This document shows positions 10,278-21,087 of a stretch of 24,919 bases of DNA, one piece after another. Made by a program: the position numbers and the translations under genes. Every line of letters starts with the position of its first letter. The first letter of the stretch is position 1. Source of the stretch: Rotaria sp. (lineage: Eukaryota); NCBI GenBank assembly GCA_905250055.1, contig CAJNOF010000137.1, forward strand, positions 89,711-114,629, given 5' to 3'. The notes beneath the pieces are model-generated. The model was not told the DNA's origin. It saw only the letters and a list, made by a program, of their open reading frames with translations, and did no database searches.

Positions 10278-10283
10278 AATAAA
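10278..10283 (+). terminator. Candidate polyadenylation signal AATAAA for the claudin-like gene
   Basis: This AATAAA lies ~200 nt after the stop codon, and a second one is at 10308-10313. In the duplicate unit, the position aligned to 10278-10283 reads AAAAAA (~17010) and only the distal signal is retained (~17038-17043). Confidence 0.35.
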
Positions 10284-10710
10284 TATTATTGGCAATGTTT
10301 TATTTCGAATAAAATGAATTTTATACGAGAAAAGAAGAAATTGATATTGATAAGAAGGAAAAGAAAAAAAGATTGATGTAAGAAAATAAATCCAATGATG
10401 ATAAACTTGCTTTGAATAGTTTGAATTATCTATTTGCTCAACTTAATGCATTTTTCTTTCATGAAAAATGAATCCTTCTTTTGAGAAATGAACTCAGCAT
10501 GCATTGTAATTGTGGAGCGAAAGTTGCTATTGCTGCTTATCAGATAGAATGTTTTCCTAACTAATTGTCAGTTGTCGATTGACACATCTAATCATGTTTC
10601 GATGTTTTCGGGAAAGAATTTTACAGTACAATAAGAAAGATAAACAGAAAGACACGTGACGAAACTTTCACGTGTTGATATGAAGTTCTCAATCAATTGC
10701 TTCTATGTTT

Positions 10711-11564
10711 TATACACATTTCCTCTTCCGAAAAGACGACCATCTATTTTTAGATGCACAAGCATACTTAGAGTTAACCAAAAGTTCTATCCTTGGTAAG
10801 AATTTGTCAAATGTTTTTGTAAATTCTTCTCCTGAAATATTTTTACCTATGTTGAAAACTATACCAATCAATGAGTTTTCATTTATCCAGTTGGCTAAAT
10901 TATGCTTGAGATAAATATATTGATATCTTATTATGTTAAATAATTAATAACATGTGTTTGAGTATGAAATCGAGCATTATCCTGAAGTAATATTCTATTT
11001 CTTGCACCTAATGACTTTCTTTGTTACCATATTTGATTAACAACATGCTTGAAGCAATTTTTAATCTAAACATATGTGTTCTATATTTTTGTTTTTGTCT
11101 ACATTATGTATACGAATAAGGCTATTTAATTTATAAAATATAGCAAGCAAAGATTTTTCTTCAAACATACTTCGGCGAACAATAGTAGTTGATTATTCAT
11201 CTTTACTAATCCACATTGGGTTATTTGACTTGCACTCAATCTGTCCATGAAAAATTCATGTCTCATTAACTATAATAACATGATATAAATCCTGTGATCA
11301 ATCACGAAAAGTCGTTCATGCAAATTCTTTGGACATCTTGTAACTATTCGATATGATAAGGCGTCAGATCTCAACGCTATTGTAAGTTCTTCGCGAAATG
11401 TTTTTGTATCAACTAACAAAAGTGTTCGAATTTTAATATAGTATCGATTAAATTCATTATGGATATTTACGCCGTATAATAAACGCAAACTCCAGTGAGC
11501 CTAACTCAATTTTCAAGCTAGAAAAAATACTGAATGAATTTTTCTAAGTAACTTTATTGTTTTT
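10711..11564 (-). pseudogene. Internally deleted mariner-like element remnant (transposase N-terminus recognisable)
   Basis: ORF 11270-11488(-) reads ...RYYIKIRTLLLVDTKTFREELTIALRSDALSYRIVTRCPKNLHERLFVIDHRI. This fits the mariner N-terminal HTH pattern (IR...G.D.KTI.EEL..ALG.DAPSY.TV.RW.K.F.EGR..V.D). Downstream minus-strand frames are full of stops. The whole block is absent from the paralogous site in unit 2 (ATCATGTTT|CATATTAAAATTCTG at ~17440-17460). The right end retains AAAGTTACTTAG, resembling the CAAAAGTTACCTAC terminus of the MITE at 3661. Confidence 0.6.
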
Positions 11565-11720
11565 CATATTAGAATTCTGTCAGAATTGTATTCAAACCTT
11601 TTTAAATGATATTTTATTTTTTTAATGAATTCATCGAATCCAACAGATGATAGGCAGCAACAATTTTTCCGTTATAACACAATAAAAAAAATCCAAAAAT
11701 GTTTCTTATGATTCGATATA

Positions 11721-11746
11721 CAGGGTGTCTCAAAAGTTCACTCGCG
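11721..11746 (+). repeat. Solo mariner-type terminal inverted repeat (left end of a truncated or decayed element)
   Basis: TA|CAGGGTGTCTCAAAAGTTCACTCGCG closely resembles the terminus CAGGGTGGTCCAAAAGTTACC at 3661. It marks the start of the unit-1-specific segment. No convincing partner TIR was found. A weak candidate is CACCTCCCTGATA at ~12303-12318. Confidence 0.55.
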
Positions 11747-12919
11747 TAAAAGAACATTAATCGTTCAAGTGATTCGAGTTTTGTTTATAGAATTTTATTT
11801 TCATTTTAATGAAAGTTTTACTGAGTATCATGTAATAGAGATGTCCCGAGTTCTCAGAACGGGTAAATTGATGACTCAAGACACCGATTTGAATACTTTT
11901 GCTCAAGTTGATCGGCTTTTGGCTTCATAGACCGTTCTTTTAAGAACTGGTAAGCAAACAACTATGGAATGCTATAACTTCGACGAAGCAAAAATGAAAA
12001 TCTTTTACGATTGGAATCACTCTTGCTCGAAACACTGGTGCGTTGTAGACATTGTTTCTAAACTGCTTTATTTGCTATTTCATAATAACGAAAGCTGTAC
12101 CATTCGAGACAAAACGTATTCAAAGTAAAATTTTCTTTGCAGAGTTATTGAGTTGATTTATACCACAAATAACTTTGATAAGGGATGTTTTATCATAATT
12201 GCATGCATCACTACTTCTACTATGATTCAATATATATTTTAGACCTTTCTGAGCATAACCAAATTTCTAAGCTGGCAGCCCTGCTTTAGTCATTTAGTGT
12301 AGTTTTATAGCACCTCCCTGATACTTTAGGATTCTGCAATTGCAGGAGACTTGAACTTAATCATCACTAGAATTACTGTGATTATGACGTTGATACTGAC
12401 AGACATTTTATTGGAAATAGACTATGAAATTTTGAAGAGTAGGATATGCAGCTATTCAAAGACAAATCATGTAAAGCTCGTGAGTTAATCAAGAGCCGTT
12501 TAATTTCTCAATTTAAACTTGAGCAAGATGCTGTAGTTCGTTCAAGAAAATATTTAAACTGATTTCAGTAGGTTTTTTTGCGAAACACAATCTAACAAAT
12601 GTTGAGATATGTAATGTAAAAGTTTCAACCCACTCCCCTCTCTATAGAGCGTGACTGACGTTGCTGATTTACGATCGAAAATCATATATCAGTAACGTTT
12701 TGTTAAAATATGTGTAAACTACTTCGTTATTGCATATATCGAGCATTAAGTAAAAAAAATATATGAAGAAATGTGTCTCTAAATAGATAGAATATAACCG
12801 TCTCGCAGTGATTAGCAGCAGCAACTACATCAGATTTCATATTTTAATCCCACAGTAGTTACTCTAACAACTTTTCTATTTAAATAAATTAAATTACTCG
12901 CCAAAAACAACTCAAAATA

Positions 12920-13990
12920 TTAACAATAAATCCAATCAAGATGATCGTTCGGTCTACATTTTATCGGACAAGGTATTTGAGTTTCACGAACAGGAACATT
13001 TGTTGCATTGTTACAACATGGTCTTATACATCCAAGATAACAACCATTCATTGGTCGTTGAGAAAGAAATGGTTGACCACCAAGTTTTTCACAATGATAA
13101 CTATCAAATATTAGAGAATTATTTCTAACACGGTCTCCAACATAATCGTTTAGAAATGTTTGATCACTTTTATTGTGATAATTCTGTACTATTGATGGTA
13201 TTAGCATCGGTTTAAAAATATCAATTAAAGTATCAGAAGCACGTATCAAAGCTGCACCCCAAAGTCCAGCTAATATAAACACTCCATGTTGAATATTATC
13301 ACGAGCAATATAGAAAAAATTGTTTTCTTGTTCTTGTGATAGCCACATATTGATTGTTTCTGTTTCACGTTGAGTTATTGGTGAATCAAGATCACGTGAC
13401 AATAAATAATCAACATATGGATCAAATATTGGTAAAAATCGCCACATTCTACCTGGTAAGAATTTACGTAAAGATGAACCAAACATAGGAATATTATTCA
13501 TGTCACAAATATCAACATTCGAAAATTTCCATAGAAGTTTTCGTTGAGATTTTTTACTACCAGTAAAATCGATATAAACACGAAGAATCCATTGTGGAAG
13601 TAATGTATTAATTTCATTAACAAGAGATTCCAAAAATGGTATAATATTTGTTTTCCACGAATACATTGGATTATCGATAAATTTCGATTCTTTTCCATAA
13701 ACTGAAATAGCAATTACTTTTTGATGTGGTCCATGACGATAGGATGCATGATTACACAAAGGTGAATTCCATTGAGAGAAATTTTCATAGATATTATTGA
13801 ATTCTTTTGCAATACGTTGTTGCTTTGTTTCTTTATACATAATATAAGGTTTTCTAAAATATTGTTTTGTTTGATGCATAATGAGAACTGAAGAAGGTAT
13901 AGAAACTATCAAGAATCCAATCATAAAAACCAATATGTGAAGGCAGCATGGGTTTACCATATATCGTCGATATTGATGATAACCAATCAT
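12920..13990 (-). CDS. Type II membrane, DxD-containing glycosyltransferase-like protein, paralog 1 (356 aa, intronless)
   Basis: This is a complete 1071-nt ORF. It has a short basic N-terminus and then one hydrophobic anchor (CCLHILVFMIGFLIVSIPSSVLIM). The luminal domain carries MWRFLPIFDPYVDYLLSRDLDSPITQRE and ARDNIQHGVFILAGLWGA motifs. The tail is Cys-rich (GCYLGCIRPCCNNATN...CPIKCRPNDHLDWIYC). The paralog at 21332-22402 has the same length and no indels. Confidence 0.85.
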   Translation of the reverse strand: MIGYHQYRRYMVNPCCLHILVFMIGFLIVSIPSSVLIMHQTKQYFRKPYIMYKETKQQRIAKEFNNIYENFSQWNSPLCNHASYRHGPHQKVIAISVYGKESKFIDNPMYSWKTNIIPFLESLVNEINTLLPQWILRVYIDFTGSKKSQRKLLWKFSNVDICDMNNIPMFGSSLRKFLPGRMWRFLPIFDPYVDYLLSRDLDSPITQRETETINMWLSQEQENNFFYIARDNIQHGVFILAGLWGAALIRASDTLIDIFKPMLIPSIVQNYHNKSDQTFLNDYVGDRVRNNSLIFDSYHCEKLGGQPFLSQRPMNGCYLGCIRPCCNNATNVPVRETQIPCPIKCRPNDHLDWIYC

Positions 13991-16402
13991 TTCTTTTTGG
14001 TATGCAATTATTTATTACTTTTGACAGTTGGTAATATACAAGAAACTAGTGGAGTATGACAAACATGTGTTATATGTTTCGTTTAGTAATTACATATTTA
14101 CGATGTACATTGAAAAATATTGAGATACAGACCTTGTATGGCAATACTATCTGATATTAATAAAAAAAGTAAGGATATGTATAAGTTCAATTGAAGGTAT
14201 TCTTTCTAATATATGAATCATAATAATTTATTCACTTTCTTATTGATTGTAGCTAATTATGTGAATTGAAGATATATACACGGCTCTCTTTCCATGAAAA
14301 AACTATTTGATTATCTGTGTATGTGTGACAGTTCTGTTTCAAAAAAAATGATACAGGGTATACTATTATTCATGGCTATTTATAGATATCTATAATTACT
14401 AACTTCTAATCTTTTCAATTTACTAAAAATACTATCGAAAAAATGAAGTAGATATCTTCTATATGATATCATAGAAATAGTTTTCTGACTAGTTCATTTG
14501 AATATTTTCGAAGGTTTATTGAATAATTCTTTTTGTAACTGAAGTTATATAGTCAAAAGTAAGAGATGCCTTCATGCCTGAATATCTATGTTGTTCAACA
14601 TGTATGCATAAACCTCATTACTTTTATTCATTGAATGATGTTAGACGAATTGCTAACAATTATTCGCTTCAGATACCATGTCCAATAACATATTAACTAC
14701 ATAATTGCATATACATGCTCTTATAGATGCAATGTGATTAACTAGTATGAAAACTATTATTAATTTTTCAGTGACATATCTATCTCGTTATCAATCTTTG
14801 TATTAGTTCATTGTATTCAAAACGTTTTTTCCTAATTTGTTTTCCAGTTGGTCTATCGTATATGGTTGTATATTATTTCTATGAAAAGACAAGAGCAAAT
14901 GTGTAGTCGTTATGACAATCGATGTATCCGACAGAAAAAAAAAGTAAAACAATATATGTATATACGAAGAAGTAGAAAAATTAATAAAGTAAAATATTTA
15001 TTTAACTTTTGTCATTGATGCTGAAAATATTTCAATCACGCAGATTTGAAGAAAGTTGGAGTTTCACGATGAACTCCATTATAGCCTTGACACAATATCA
15101 TTTAACATTCATTTGTCATAAATTTTCTTTTTCGCACGTATGTTCAGAGATGTTTAACAAACGTACGAGAATTGAGTTGTGTATCATGGGTATTTTACTC
15201 ATGTTTACAAAGATTATTATGCTAATGATTATTTTAGTCTTCATTTTAATGAACACTGTTCATTTCGAACCGAAAGTTTAGTGGAATTTTTTTTCTGACA
15301 ATACATTAATTGTTGAAATTATTAATTATTTTCACATTTCTTCGCTACGAAATAATCATCAGAAAATAAACCTGCGGACAGTAAATTGTGAATACAGTTT
15401 TTACAATTTATACTCAAATGTTTGTAATACAATAGCTACTAGAAAGTCTCTCTAACAAAGTTACAGATATATATCAGTGAATGTCTATTTCTAGATCGTA
15501 TTCTTATAGCCTAGGGAAAAAATATAAGAAGTAAAACAATTCTTTATATTCGTCTCGAAACATGTCCACTAGAAAATTGAAAGGATCAAAACCTATCCTA
15601 TAACAGTATCTGAATCGATATCATCTAGAAGTTTAGAGTTATTTTGAGGTTTGTAGCAGATTGTAGAGAAGTATGATGGATTGTAAAATCATTTCATATT
15701 TTTGGAATCTATAATAAATATGAACCAAGAGATTGATAACATATTGATTTTGACATCAATTGTGGAAAAATACACAATGAGTGGTAATTTCTGTTAGAAA
15801 AAATGAACTGAACATTTTTTTAAAAGTCAACCCGAATGTAATTATGGAGTGAATTCAGTTGAATCTCAGAAATCTATTTTAGTATACAGAAATATGAAAT
15901 GATATGTCTTCCATGGATGTCAATTTTGTCATCATTTATTCGGCTTTCAATAATTTCATGTTTATCTATTTTATATTTATCTTTCTTTTCGGTATTTGAG
16001 CTTGCATTTCTCTTGGATAATCCAGAATCACTGTATTAAAGGGTGATCTTTCCTGTGTCTAATCAGATAATGTCTGAACAACTGTGTTTTGCACTTGTTT
16101 CGATGATGAACCCATTCTATCTCTCCGCATACGGTGTTATTAATGTATCTTTACAAGAAAGAGAGTGAATTTATTTTTCTTTTCTGTAGTTTCTAACTGA
16201 CATACAAATGCTGCTCTTCTAATTATAGACCAAATAAATTGCTTCAAGTCAAAGGTTTCATCTTTTTGTCTCTTTCGTTCTCGTTTTCATTTCATTCTAT
16301 CTAAATTGAAGACAGAAAACTGATCGAGCTATTTTGCATATGTAATTCAACGTCAGTTTCATATACTCGATTAATCCAATTCAAACATTACTGAAAATTA
16401 TC

Positions 16403-16805
16403 ATGACTACTCTTCGAATCTTTCCACTAATTGGTTTACTTATCGTTATAGTTACTGTTTTATCATCAATTATTGGTTTTTAACTGATTTAAATACCTAC
16501 GTAGTTAATGATTTAAAAAAAATTAATGTGCTATTCCAAAATAGGGGGCGACTAGAAGCTGTTAGTATGTATTACTTTCTTCAAATTGAATTGTCATTAC
16601 TGTATTACTTTATACATATATCAATGCCAAATATGCTACAGGATTTACTCTCATGGCTATTGCACAATTGTTAAGTTTTTTTGCTACTATACTTGTTGCT
16701 CATGGAATGGTAAATGCAAACAATTAGATGAAAAGCAAATGTTTTTGATTTTATCCGTTTCTCTTTTTTTTATTCTAGGGACATTCATTCACTGTAATTA
16801 CTTAA
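16403..16805 (+). pseudogene. Claudin/PMP22-like pseudogene (paralog of 9425-10077)
   Basis: Exon 1 is homologous (MTTLRIFPLIGLLIVIVTVLSSIIGF) but hits a TAA at 16481-16483 after a small deletion. Most of exon 2 and the first half of exon 3 are deleted. The tail of exon 3 (CCAAATATGCTACAGGATTTACTCTCATGGCTATTGCACAA...) and exon 4 (GGACATTCATTCACTGTAATTACTTAA, 16779-16805) are retained. Confidence 0.8.
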
Positions 16806-17771
16806 ATGAATTACCAAAGAAAAAGGATTTAAACTGAATGCATTTTATTTGTAAATGCATAAACTTGAAATAATGATAGCTTATAATAAAATCCTATGTC
16901 TTTTTTTCTTAATTATTATATTTAATTCAGCTGCAATACATTTTCTTTTTTTTAAAATTGTATATGTGTTTGTGTATTGTTCTATTATTTAAAACAGAAA
17001 ACTGTAAAAAATATTGTCCGTAATGTTTTATTTCGAATAAAATGAATTTTATACGAGAAGAAAAGAAACTGATATTGATAAGAAAGAAAAGAAAAAAGAT
17101 TGACGTAATAAAATAAATAAAATGATGATAAGCCTGCTTTGAATAGTTTGAATTATCTATTTGCTCAACTTAATGCATTTTTCTTTCACGAAAAATGAAT
17201 GCTTCTTTTGAGAAATGAGCTCAGCATGCACTGTAATTGTGGAGCGATGGCTGCTATTGTTCATTAGATAGAATGTCTTTCCTTTTAATGGCTAATTGGA
17301 AAATCTAATCATGTATTAGTATCTTCTAGAAAAAAAACTATTTGAGTACAATGAGAAAAGAATTTAGAAAAGCATGTGACAAAATTTTGCTGCTCAGATA
17401 TAAAATTTTTCATCAATGCATTTTTTAAGGAAGTTTATCATGTTTCATATTAAAATTCTGTACAAATTGAACACAAATCGTTGTAAATGAGCCTTACTTA
17501 TTCGCAATCTTGAAATTCTGTGGGTACACGCTTTCCTAGAAGTTTGGCCGTTTGCTGAACATAAAAACAATGAATTTTTAGAGTACTCCTATTAGAGCTG
17601 TCAGCAGACCTTGTGCGGTAACACTAAACATTATCGCTATGATTACGACATCAGAAGGAAAAGGAAAAACGAACTTCCAAATCTTCTAAAAAGAAAGTGA
17701 AATGTGACACAGCATATGAAATCATGATGCAATGACTCACTTTTTATCATGCTTTCGTTTTCTTGTGACGC

Positions 17772-17780
17772 TATATATAA
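17772..17780 (+). promoter_or_regulatory. TATA-like element upstream of the ART-TPR gene
   Basis: TATATATAA lies ~170 nt upstream of the ATG at 17949, in the unit-2-specific segment. This is positional evidence only. Confidence 0.3.
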
Positions 17781-17948
17781 TCACAAATAGAAAAGAGGAG
17801 TGAAGCATTGAAGTGAAACGAAAAGGAGAAAGCCAACTTGAATAAAAACAACATTCGACAAAAAAACATAGAAATATCACGAAAGAAAAGTCAATGATGT
17901 GATACAAACGCAAGCCATTTTTTTTATTGACAAAACACGACGCATGCT

Positions 17949-20330
17949 ATGGATAATAACGAACAGTCGACAACAACAATAACTGCTACCGCTGACGCTG
18001 CTACTGGTACGGCATCTGAATATACGAGCATAATGTTACGACGGCCTCCCTATAGTCGTATGGTTCAACACTTCCTATTGGTGTGGCTAGATACCAATAT
18101 TGATAATATGAATAAGGACGATTGTACAGATAACATCAGCAAATTAAAAGAAGTGGTGTACACGATACATCGATTCACTGATGTGAATGAATGTATCGAT
18201 TTCATAACCGACATTCAAGAAGAGGAAGTATTTATGATCTTTTCTGGTTACTTGGGACAAACAATAGCTTGTATTGTCCATGACATTCCGCAAATCAGTA
18301 ATATTTATGTTTGGAATGAGGACTATACTGAGTACGAATCTTGGATCCAACAATTTCCAAAAATCAACGGTATATTTACACATATTGCCTTAATGTACAG
18401 AGCAATTCAACAAGCTGCATACAAATGTAACCAAAACTTGATACCAATCAGTTTTATCTATACTAGTAGTGAAATCAACAAGCGAAAGCTCGATCAACTA
18501 GACTCGTCGTTTATGTATACTCAAATAATGAAAGAAATTTTTTTAACCATTGATTTCAAACAAAACCATATTGATGAATTTATAAATTATTTTCGTCAGT
18601 TATTTGTCAACAATCCCAGAGAACTGCAAAGTATCGATAGAATTGAACGGGAATACCACGAACATGTCCCAATATGGTGGTATACATACAGTTGTTTTCT
18701 TTATCCAATTTTCAACCGATCATTAAAGATAATGGACGTCGACCTCATCATTAAGATGGGATTTTTCATCCGAGATCTTCACAACAACATCGCTGAGCTT
18801 CATGCTCAACAGTTTGCTGAACATGCGCCAATGAGTTCATTTACTGTTTATCGTGGTCAAGGTTTGTCACAGATACAGTTTGATCAAATGATCAAAATCA
18901 ATGGTGGACTACTGTCATTTAATAATCCCTTGTCAACAAGTCTTGATCGAGAAATATCTCTTTCCTTTGCACAAAGTAATCAAATTGGTTCTGATCTTAT
19001 AGGTGTTCTCTTTAAAATAAATGTCAATCCATCAGTATCGAGTACTCCTTTCGCAAACATTCGTGACATCAGTTACTTCGAAGGCGAAGAAGAAATTCTC
19101 TTCTCCATGCATTCGGTTTTTCGAATTGAAACAATGAAACAAATCAATGAGAATAATCGTCTTTGGCAAATCGATTTAACGTTGACAAGTGACAACGATC
19201 CAGAACTCCATGAACTTACTGAAAGTATACGCAAAGATACTTGCTCTGATGCAGAAGGATGGGACCGTTTAGGCGTATTGCTGATTAAGCTTGGGCAGTT
19301 CAACAATGCTCAAGAGGTATATGACACGTTGTTAAATCAAACAACGACTTATCAAGAGAAAGCAGTCATTTATCATAGGCTCGGAGTGATAAAGAATAAT
19401 CAGGGTGAATATACAGATGCCATGGCTTATTATCAACGTTCGATTGAAATCAATAAAGACGTTCTTTCACCAATGGATGCCAACTTGGCTCGTTCCTACA
19501 GCAATATGGGTTTGGTGTATGATAATATCGGTGACTATTCGAATGCACTTTCATATCATCAAAAAGCACTGGAAATCGAACAGAAAACTCTTCCATTAGC
19601 ACATCCAAGTTTGGCTACTTCTTACAATAACATTGGTTTACTGTATGGCAACATGGGTAACTTTGCGAATGCACTTTTATCTCACCAAAAAGCATTGGAT
19701 ATTCGTCATAAAATTCTTCCTTCATATCATCCTGATTTGGCTACTTCCTACAACAGCATTGGTTTGGTGTATAATAGCATAGGTGACTATTCGAAAGCAC
19801 TATTTTATCATCAAAAAGCAACAGATATTTGTCAAAGAACTCTTCCTTCAAATCATCCTGATTTGGCTACTTCTTATAACAACATCGGTTCGGTGCATGA
19901 CAGCATGGGTGACTACTCGAATGCACTTTTATATCATCAAAAAGCGTTGGATCTTTGCCAAAAAACTCTTCCTTCAAATCATCCTGATTTGGCTACTTCT
20001 TACAATAACATCGGTTCGGTGTATAATAGCATGGGTGACTATTCGAATGCACTTTCGTCTTACCAAAAAGCATTGGATATGTGCCAAAAAACTCTTCCTT
20101 CAAATCATCCGAGTTTGGCTACTTCTTACAACAACATTGGTTCCGTGTATGACAGCATGGGTGACTATTCGAAAGCACTTTCATATCATCAAAAAGCATT
20201 GGCTATTCGCCGAGAAATTCTTCCTTCAAATCATCCTGATTTGGCTGCTTCTTATAAACACATTGAAATAGTGTCTTCTAAGAGTGAAGAACACGTGAAA
20301 GCTGTTTCATATCGTGAACAAATTCTTTAA
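17949..20330 (+). CDS. ADP-ribosyltransferase (R-S-EXE type) fused to an N-terminal unknown module and a C-terminal TPR array (793 aa, intronless)
   Basis: This is a single 2382-nt ORF. The ART motifs are FTVYRGQG (R302, nt 18852-18854), PLSTSLD (S329-T330-S331, nt 18933-18941) and FEGEEEILF (E380-x-E382, nt 19086-19094). From about aa 436 to 775 there are kinesin-light-chain-like 42-aa TPR pairs with consensus LPSNHPDLATSYNNIGSVYDSMGDYSNALSYHQKALDICQKT. The N-terminal module (aa ~40-135) reads FLLVWLDTNIDN...VFMIFSG...ISNIYVW. Confidence 0.9.
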   Translation: MDNNEQSTTTITATADAATGTASEYTSIMLRRPPYSRMVQHFLLVWLDTNIDNMNKDDCTDNISKLKEVVYTIHRFTDVNECIDFITDIQEEEVFMIFSGYLGQTIACIVHDIPQISNIYVWNEDYTEYESWIQQFPKINGIFTHIALMYRAIQQAAYKCNQNLIPISFIYTSSEINKRKLDQLDSSFMYTQIMKEIFLTIDFKQNHIDEFINYFRQLFVNNPRELQSIDRIEREYHEHVPIWWYTYSCFLYPIFNRSLKIMDVDLIIKMGFFIRDLHNNIAELHAQQFAEHAPMSSFTVYRGQGLSQIQFDQMIKINGGLLSFNNPLSTSLDREISLSFAQSNQIGSDLIGVLFKINVNPSVSSTPFANIRDISYFEGEEEILFSMHSVFRIETMKQINENNRLWQIDLTLTSDNDPELHELTESIRKDTCSDAEGWDRLGVLLIKLGQFNNAQEVYDTLLNQTTTYQEKAVIYHRLGVIKNNQGEYTDAMAYYQRSIEINKDVLSPMDANLARSYSNMGLVYDNIGDYSNALSYHQKALEIEQKTLPLAHPSLATSYNNIGLLYGNMGNFANALLSHQKALDIRHKILPSYHPDLATSYNSIGLVYNSIGDYSKALFYHQKATDICQRTLPSNHPDLATSYNNIGSVHDSMGDYSNALLYHQKALDLCQKTLPSNHPDLATSYNNIGSVYNSMGDYSNALSSYQKALDMCQKTLPSNHPSLATSYNNIGSVYDSMGDYSKALSYHQKALAIRREILPSNHPDLAASYKHIEIVSSKSEEHVKAVSYREQIL
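19338..20330 (+). repeat. 126-bp (42-codon) tandem periodicity of the TPR-coding region
   Basis: Unit boundaries fall at 19338, 19464, 19590, 19716, 19842, 19968, 20094 and 20220. Units 19842-19967 and 19968-20093 are ~90% identical at the nucleotide level. The last unit decays after LPSNHPDLAASY. The periodicity also creates the spurious alternative-frame ORF 19783-20271. Confidence 0.9.
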
Positions 20331-21087
20331 ATAATAGAAGATTTCCTAATTGCAAATTATCTGGATTTTCAATTATATAGCAATATTCTCGAATATGTAA
20401 AAAAAAAAGAATATCTAATTTTCTTTTCATTTGGCCAAACAAAGAAATGCCATAATAAGAAAAGAGTATCTCCTTTTTGTTTCCATTCGAAGAGATACGA
20501 GCACAGGCATACAGAGAAACTATTCAGACGTATTAGTGGCAAAGCCATGAGACTTGTGTAGGCTAAAGCCTATCCTAGATTCAGGTATTGTCGGTTGGGA
20601 TAGGCTCAAACATTTGTTTTTCATTTCCTCGAATAGATAAATTTCGATGGAAATTGAAATTTTTGTACAAAGGCGAACATTTTTCGGTGAGAAGTAGTTA
20701 TCTCTTTTTAATACTCTAGGTATTATTAATTTATTATAGGTGTGAAAAAACTATACGAAAAATTCAAGCTAGATAGACTAAAAGCCATGTAAAGATTTCC
20801 TCGTCTTTGATGACGTAGCTTACATACCTAAAGTACATTTTCAACAAAATTAGTGAGCCTATATGACAATTCCATGTTTTTTGTTAGCACTGCTGTTTCA
20901 TTATTTTCTTATATGTCACTAAAATAAATCGAAAACTTTTGCTTTCGAGAGTCGGAATCATGCAAAAACAAGTAATGGCGTGTTTTAATTAAATGTACAT
21001 CTTCTGACAAAAGCTGCTATTTTTTTGTTGAATCGTACTAGCTTCATACTGCACAAAAATGTGAGCCAAATATAATAAACGCTTATT

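Larger units (their letters stand above)
9090..14860. repeat. Segmental duplication unit 1 (claudin-like gene + GT-like gene)
   Basis: It is colinear with 16085-23510. Matching blocks include 9090-10710 vs 16085-17450, 11565-11720 vs 17450-17655, and ~12875-14860 vs ~21285-23510. The offset across the GT-like CDS is constant at 8412 nt. Boundaries are approximate. Confidence 0.8.

Noticed and set aside
10653-10674. Paired CACGTG boxes (10653-10658 and 10669-10674) in a near-palindrome
   Set aside because: They are not conserved at the paralogous position in unit 2 (CATGTGAC only). Short palindromes are expected by chance, and there is no supporting context.
13498-13713. 71-aa ORF nested out of frame in the GT-like CDS on the same (minus) strand (mirrored at 21910-22125)
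   Set aside because: It is conserved between paralogs only because the host CDS is conserved. It is nested out of frame within a much longer, motif-bearing ORF.
15009-15281. 90-aa ORF in the spacer between duplication units
   Set aside because: It has a TTG start, a hydrophobic low-complexity composition typical of AT-rich noncoding DNA, and no motif or paralog support.
16586-16837. 83-aa ORF in unit 2
   Set aside because: It spans intron and exon remnants of the claudin-like pseudogene in a different frame and starts at a non-ATG codon.
19405-20271. Alternative-frame ORFs within the TPR region (19405-19599, 19783-20271) and antisense ORFs 18144-18383 and 19073-19306
   Set aside because: They are nested in the 793-aa CDS. 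The 162-aa one is periodic only because it reads the 126-bp repeat out of frame.
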